The notes under the pieces were generated by a model that saw only the letters and a program-made list of their open reading frames with translations, was not told the DNA's origin and ran no database searches. From positions 1-30,850 of the IMG/VR virus record IMGVR_UViG_2563366976_000009: a DNA stretch of 30,850 nucleotides. One strand, given 5' to 3'. Positions 27,905-30,850 of the stretch are shown here, piece after piece. Source of the DNA: a virus (Duplodnaviria > Heunggongvirae > Uroviricota > Caudoviricetes). The first letter of the stretch is position 1, and every line of letters starts with the position of its first letter. Both the position numbers and the translations under genes were made by a program.

Positions 27905-30850
27905 ATGAGAGACATTACAGCCAATGTGATCGTATCGATGCCTTCGCAACTCTTCACTATGGCGCGTTCTTTTAAAGCCGTAGCCAATGGCAAAATTTAT
28001 ATCGGTAAAATTGACACTGACCCTGTAAATCCTGAAAACCAGATTCAGGTTTATGTGGAAAACGAAGACGGCTCTCACGTTCCTGTTTCGCAACCAATCA
28101 TCATTAACGCTGCTGGATATCCTGTATATAACGGACAGATTGCCAAATTCGTAACTGTGCAAGGCCATTCTATGGCTGTTTATGATGCGTATGGTGCGCA
28201 GCAGTTCTATTTTCCGAATGTGCTGAAGTATGATCCTGATCAGTTACGGCGGCAATTAGAAGACCCAGATGGAGCGAATAAATACCCAAAACTTCAGATA
28301 GCAAGATGGAGAGACAGTTATGATGTAAGAGGTTGGGGGGCTATTGGTGATGGTGTTCATGATGATACATCAGCTCTATCAGAATTACTTTCTGTTGCAA
28401 CAGGTGGTGAAAAGATAGATGGGCGAGGGCTTACTTTTAAAGTATCAAATCTTCCGGATGTCAGTCGATTTAAAAATGCTCGTTTTTTATTTGAGAGAAT
28501 ACCGGGTCAGCCTCTTTTTTATGCTTCTGAAGATTTTATCCAGGGAGAGTTATTTAAAATTACAGATACACCGTGGTACAACGCCTGGACGCAGGATAAA
28601 ACGTTTGTATATGACAATGTCATCTATGCGCCTTTTATGGCTGGAGACCGCCATGGTGTAAATAACCTCCATGTTGCATGGGTTCGCTCAGGAGATGACG
28701 GGAAGACCTGGACAACGCCGGAATGGCTTACAGATTTACATGAAAACTATCCCACAGTTAACTATCACTGCATGAGTATGGGGGTTGTCAGAAATCGCCT
28801 TTTTGCTGTAATTGAGACGCGGACCGTGAGAGGAAATAAACTGCAGGTTGCAGAGTTGTGGGATCGCCCAATGAGTCGCAGCCTTCGCGTTTATGGTGGT
28901 ATAACGAAAGCAGCAAATCAGCAAGTCGCTTATATTCGCATTACTGATCACGGATTATTTGCTGGTGATTTTGTCAACTTCTCAAACTCTGGTGTTACAG
29001 GTGTTACCGGGAATATGACGGTGACTACTGTTATTGATAAAAATACTTTTACAGTTACGACGCAAAATACCCAGGATGTGGATCAGAATAACGAGGGTAG
29101 ATACTGGAGTTTTGGTACATCATTTCACTCGTCACCATGGAGAAAAACCAGTCTTGGAACTATTCCTTCTTTTGTTGACGGAAGCACTCCTGTTACTGAG
29201 ATTCACAGTTTTGCGACGATTAGCGATAACAGTTTTGCTGTTGGCTACCATAATGGTGATATTGGTCCACGCGAGCTTGGGATACTCTATTTCTCTGATG
29301 CTTTCGGTTCTCCTGGTAGCTTTGTTCGCAGACGCATACCTGCAGAATATGAGGCGAATGCATCTGAGCCATGTGTAAAATATTATGATGGCATTCTGTA
29401 TCTGACGACCAGGGGGACATTAAGTACTCAACCCGGTAGTTCATTGCACAGAAGCTCTGATTTAGGTACATCATGGAATTCTCTTCGCTTCCCAAATAAT
29501 GTTCATCACTCAAACCTTCCTTTTGCCAAAGTTGGCGATGAGCTGATTATTTTTGGCAGTGAGCGCGCATTTGGTGAGTGGGAAGGAGGAGAACCTGATA
29601 ACCGTTATGCAGGAAATTATCCAAGAACATTTATGACCAGAGTTAACGTCAATGAGTGGAGTCTGGATAATGTAGAGTGGGTTAATGTTACTGATCAGAT
29701 TTATCAGGGCGGAATAGTTAACTCTGCGGTTGGTGTTGGTTCAGTTTGTATCAAAGACAACTGGCTGTACTACATTTTCGGTGGGGAAGACTTTCTAAAC
29801 CCATGGAGCATAGGGGATAACAACAGAAAATATCCTTATGTTCACGATGGTCACCCGGCTGATTTATATTGTTTCAGGGTGAAAATCAAACAGGAAGAAT
29901 TTGTTTCAAGGGATTTTGTCTACGGAGCCACTCCTAACAGAACGCTTCCTACTTTGATGTCGACGTCAGGCGTGAGGACGGTTCCTGTACCCGTTGATTT
30001 CACAGATGATGTTGCCGTCCAGTCACTGACTGTCCATGCAGGTACATCAGGACAAGTTCGCGCGGAAGTCAAACTTGAGGGTAATTACGCCATTATTGCG
30101 AAGAAAGTACCGTCTGATGATGTTACCGCTCAGAGATTAATCGTTAGCGGCGGTGAAACAACGTCTTCAGCAGATGGTGCAATGATAACGTTGCATGGTT
30201 CCAGAAGCAGTACTCCACGTCGCGCGGTATATAACGCACTCGAACATCTTTTTGAGAACGGAGATGTTAAACCTTATCTTGATAATGTAAATGCTCTTGG
30301 TGGTCCGGGAAACAGGTTCTCGACAGTTTATCTTGGCTCCAATCCTGTGGTTACCAGTGACGGAACATTAAAGACAGAGCCGGTCTCTCCTGACGAAGCA
30401 TTGCTGGATGCCTGGGGTGACGTCAGGTATATCGCTTATAAATGGCTGAACGCTGTCGCTATAAAGGGGGAAGAAGGGGCGAGGATACATCATGGTGTAA
30501 TCGCGCAGCAACTTCGTGATGTTCTTATTTCTCACGGACTCATGGAAGAAGAAAGCACAACATGCCGCTATGCCTTTCTTTGCTATGACGATTATCCCGC
30601 AGTATATGATGACGTCATTACTGGCCAAAGGGAAATGCCGCTGACTGATAATGACGGGAGCATCATTGTTGATGAGGATGATAATCCAGTGATGGTAATG
30701 GAAGACATCATTGAGCGCGTTGAAATAACGCCAGCAGGATCTAGATGGGGGGTCAGACCTGATCTCTTATTCTATATCGAGGCGGCATGGCAGCGCAGAG
30801 AAATGGATAAGATAAAAGCTAGGTTAGACTTAATAGAAGGGAAGCACTAA
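27905..30850 (+). CDS. Tailspike: N-terminal P22-type head-binding domain fused to an endosialidase (endo-N-acetylneuraminidase) with a C-terminal intramolecular chaperone domain.
   Basis: N-terminus [11 protein letters not shown]…[38 protein letters not shown]…[15 protein letters not shown]…NVLKYDPDQ matches remembered P22 gp9 residues 1-110. GDGVHDDT motif, two Asp-boxes (SGDDGKTW near 28687-28710; SSDLGTSW near 29450-29475), and a C-terminal …[12 protein letters not shown]…[15 protein letters not shown]…WGVRPDLLF…AAWQRR… chaperone domain, as in K1-phage endosialidases. Stop codon at the last 3 nt of the window. Confidence 0.85.
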   Translation: MRDITANVIVSMPSQLFTMARSFKAVANGKIYIGKIDTDPVNPENQIQVYVENEDGSHVPVSQPIIINAAGYPVYNGQIAKFVTVQGHSMAVYDAYGAQQFYFPNVLKYDPDQLRRQLEDPDGANKYPKLQIARWRDSYDVRGWGAIGDGVHDDTSALSELLSVATGGEKIDGRGLTFKVSNLPDVSRFKNARFLFERIPGQPLFYASEDFIQGELFKITDTPWYNAWTQDKTFVYDNVIYAPFMAGDRHGVNNLHVAWVRSGDDGKTWTTPEWLTDLHENYPTVNYHCMSMGVVRNRLFAVIETRTVRGNKLQVAELWDRPMSRSLRVYGGITKAANQQVAYIRITDHGLFAGDFVNFSNSGVTGVTGNMTVTTVIDKNTFTVTTQNTQDVDQNNEGRYWSFGTSFHSSPWRKTSLGTIPSFVDGSTPVTEIHSFATISDNSFAVGYHNGDIGPRELGILYFSDAFGSPGSFVRRRIPAEYEANASEPCVKYYDGILYLTTRGTLSTQPGSSLHRSSDLGTSWNSLRFPNNVHHSNLPFAKVGDELIIFGSERAFGEWEGGEPDNRYAGNYPRTFMTRVNVNEWSLDNVEWVNVTDQIYQGGIVNSAVGVGSVCIKDNWLYYIFGGEDFLNPWSIGDNNRKYPYVHDGHPADLYCFRVKIKQEEFVSRDFVYGATPNRTLPTLMSTSGVRTVPVPVDFTDDVAVQSLTVHAGTSGQVRAEVKLEGNYAIIAKKVPSDDVTAQRLIVSGGETTSSADGAMITLHGSRSSTPRRAVYNALEHLFENGDVKPYLDNVNALGGPGNRFSTVYLGSNPVVTSDGTLKTEPVSPDEALLDAWGDVRYIAYKWLNAVAIKGEEGARIHHGVIAQQLRDVLISHGLMEEESTTCRYAFLCYDDYPAVYDDVITGQREMPLTDNDGSIIVDEDDNPVMVMEDIIERVEITPAGSRWGVRPDLLFYIEAAWQRREMDKIKARLDLIEGKH

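Overview
This window reads as a nearly complete mosaic temperate-phage (prophage) genome segment from an enterobacterium. It combines a lambda-type nin/Q/lysis region with P22-type replication, morphogenesis and immI (mnt-arc-ant) modules. It ends in a tailspike that joins a P22-like head-binding domain to an endosialidase, which suggests a CUS-3-like phage specific for K1 polysialic-acid capsule. Order on the + strand: an IS3-family transposase 3' fragment that truncates a cII-like gene; an O-like initiator with internal ori iterons; a DnaB-type helicase; nin genes (ninB, ninE, ninF, ninG, a lambda-type phosphatase); Q antiterminator with late promoter and terminator; holin, SAR endolysin, Rz/Rz1; a KilA-N protein; small and large terminase, portal, scaffold, coat, tail accessory and ejection proteins; a cargo island; mnt/arc/ant; tailspike. 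The most unusual content is the cargo island between the last ejection gene and mnt (about 24150-26100). It holds a ClpP-fold serine protease gene whose start overlaps the mnt stop, a small HExxH metallopeptidase-like gene, a secreted protein, and two small ORFs, on alternating strands. Two paralogous HNH-AP2 endonuclease genes are also present, one of them splitting ninF. All identifications rest on reading the translations and DNA motifs and on remembered family sequences; no database search or computation was run, and start codons are approximate where noted.
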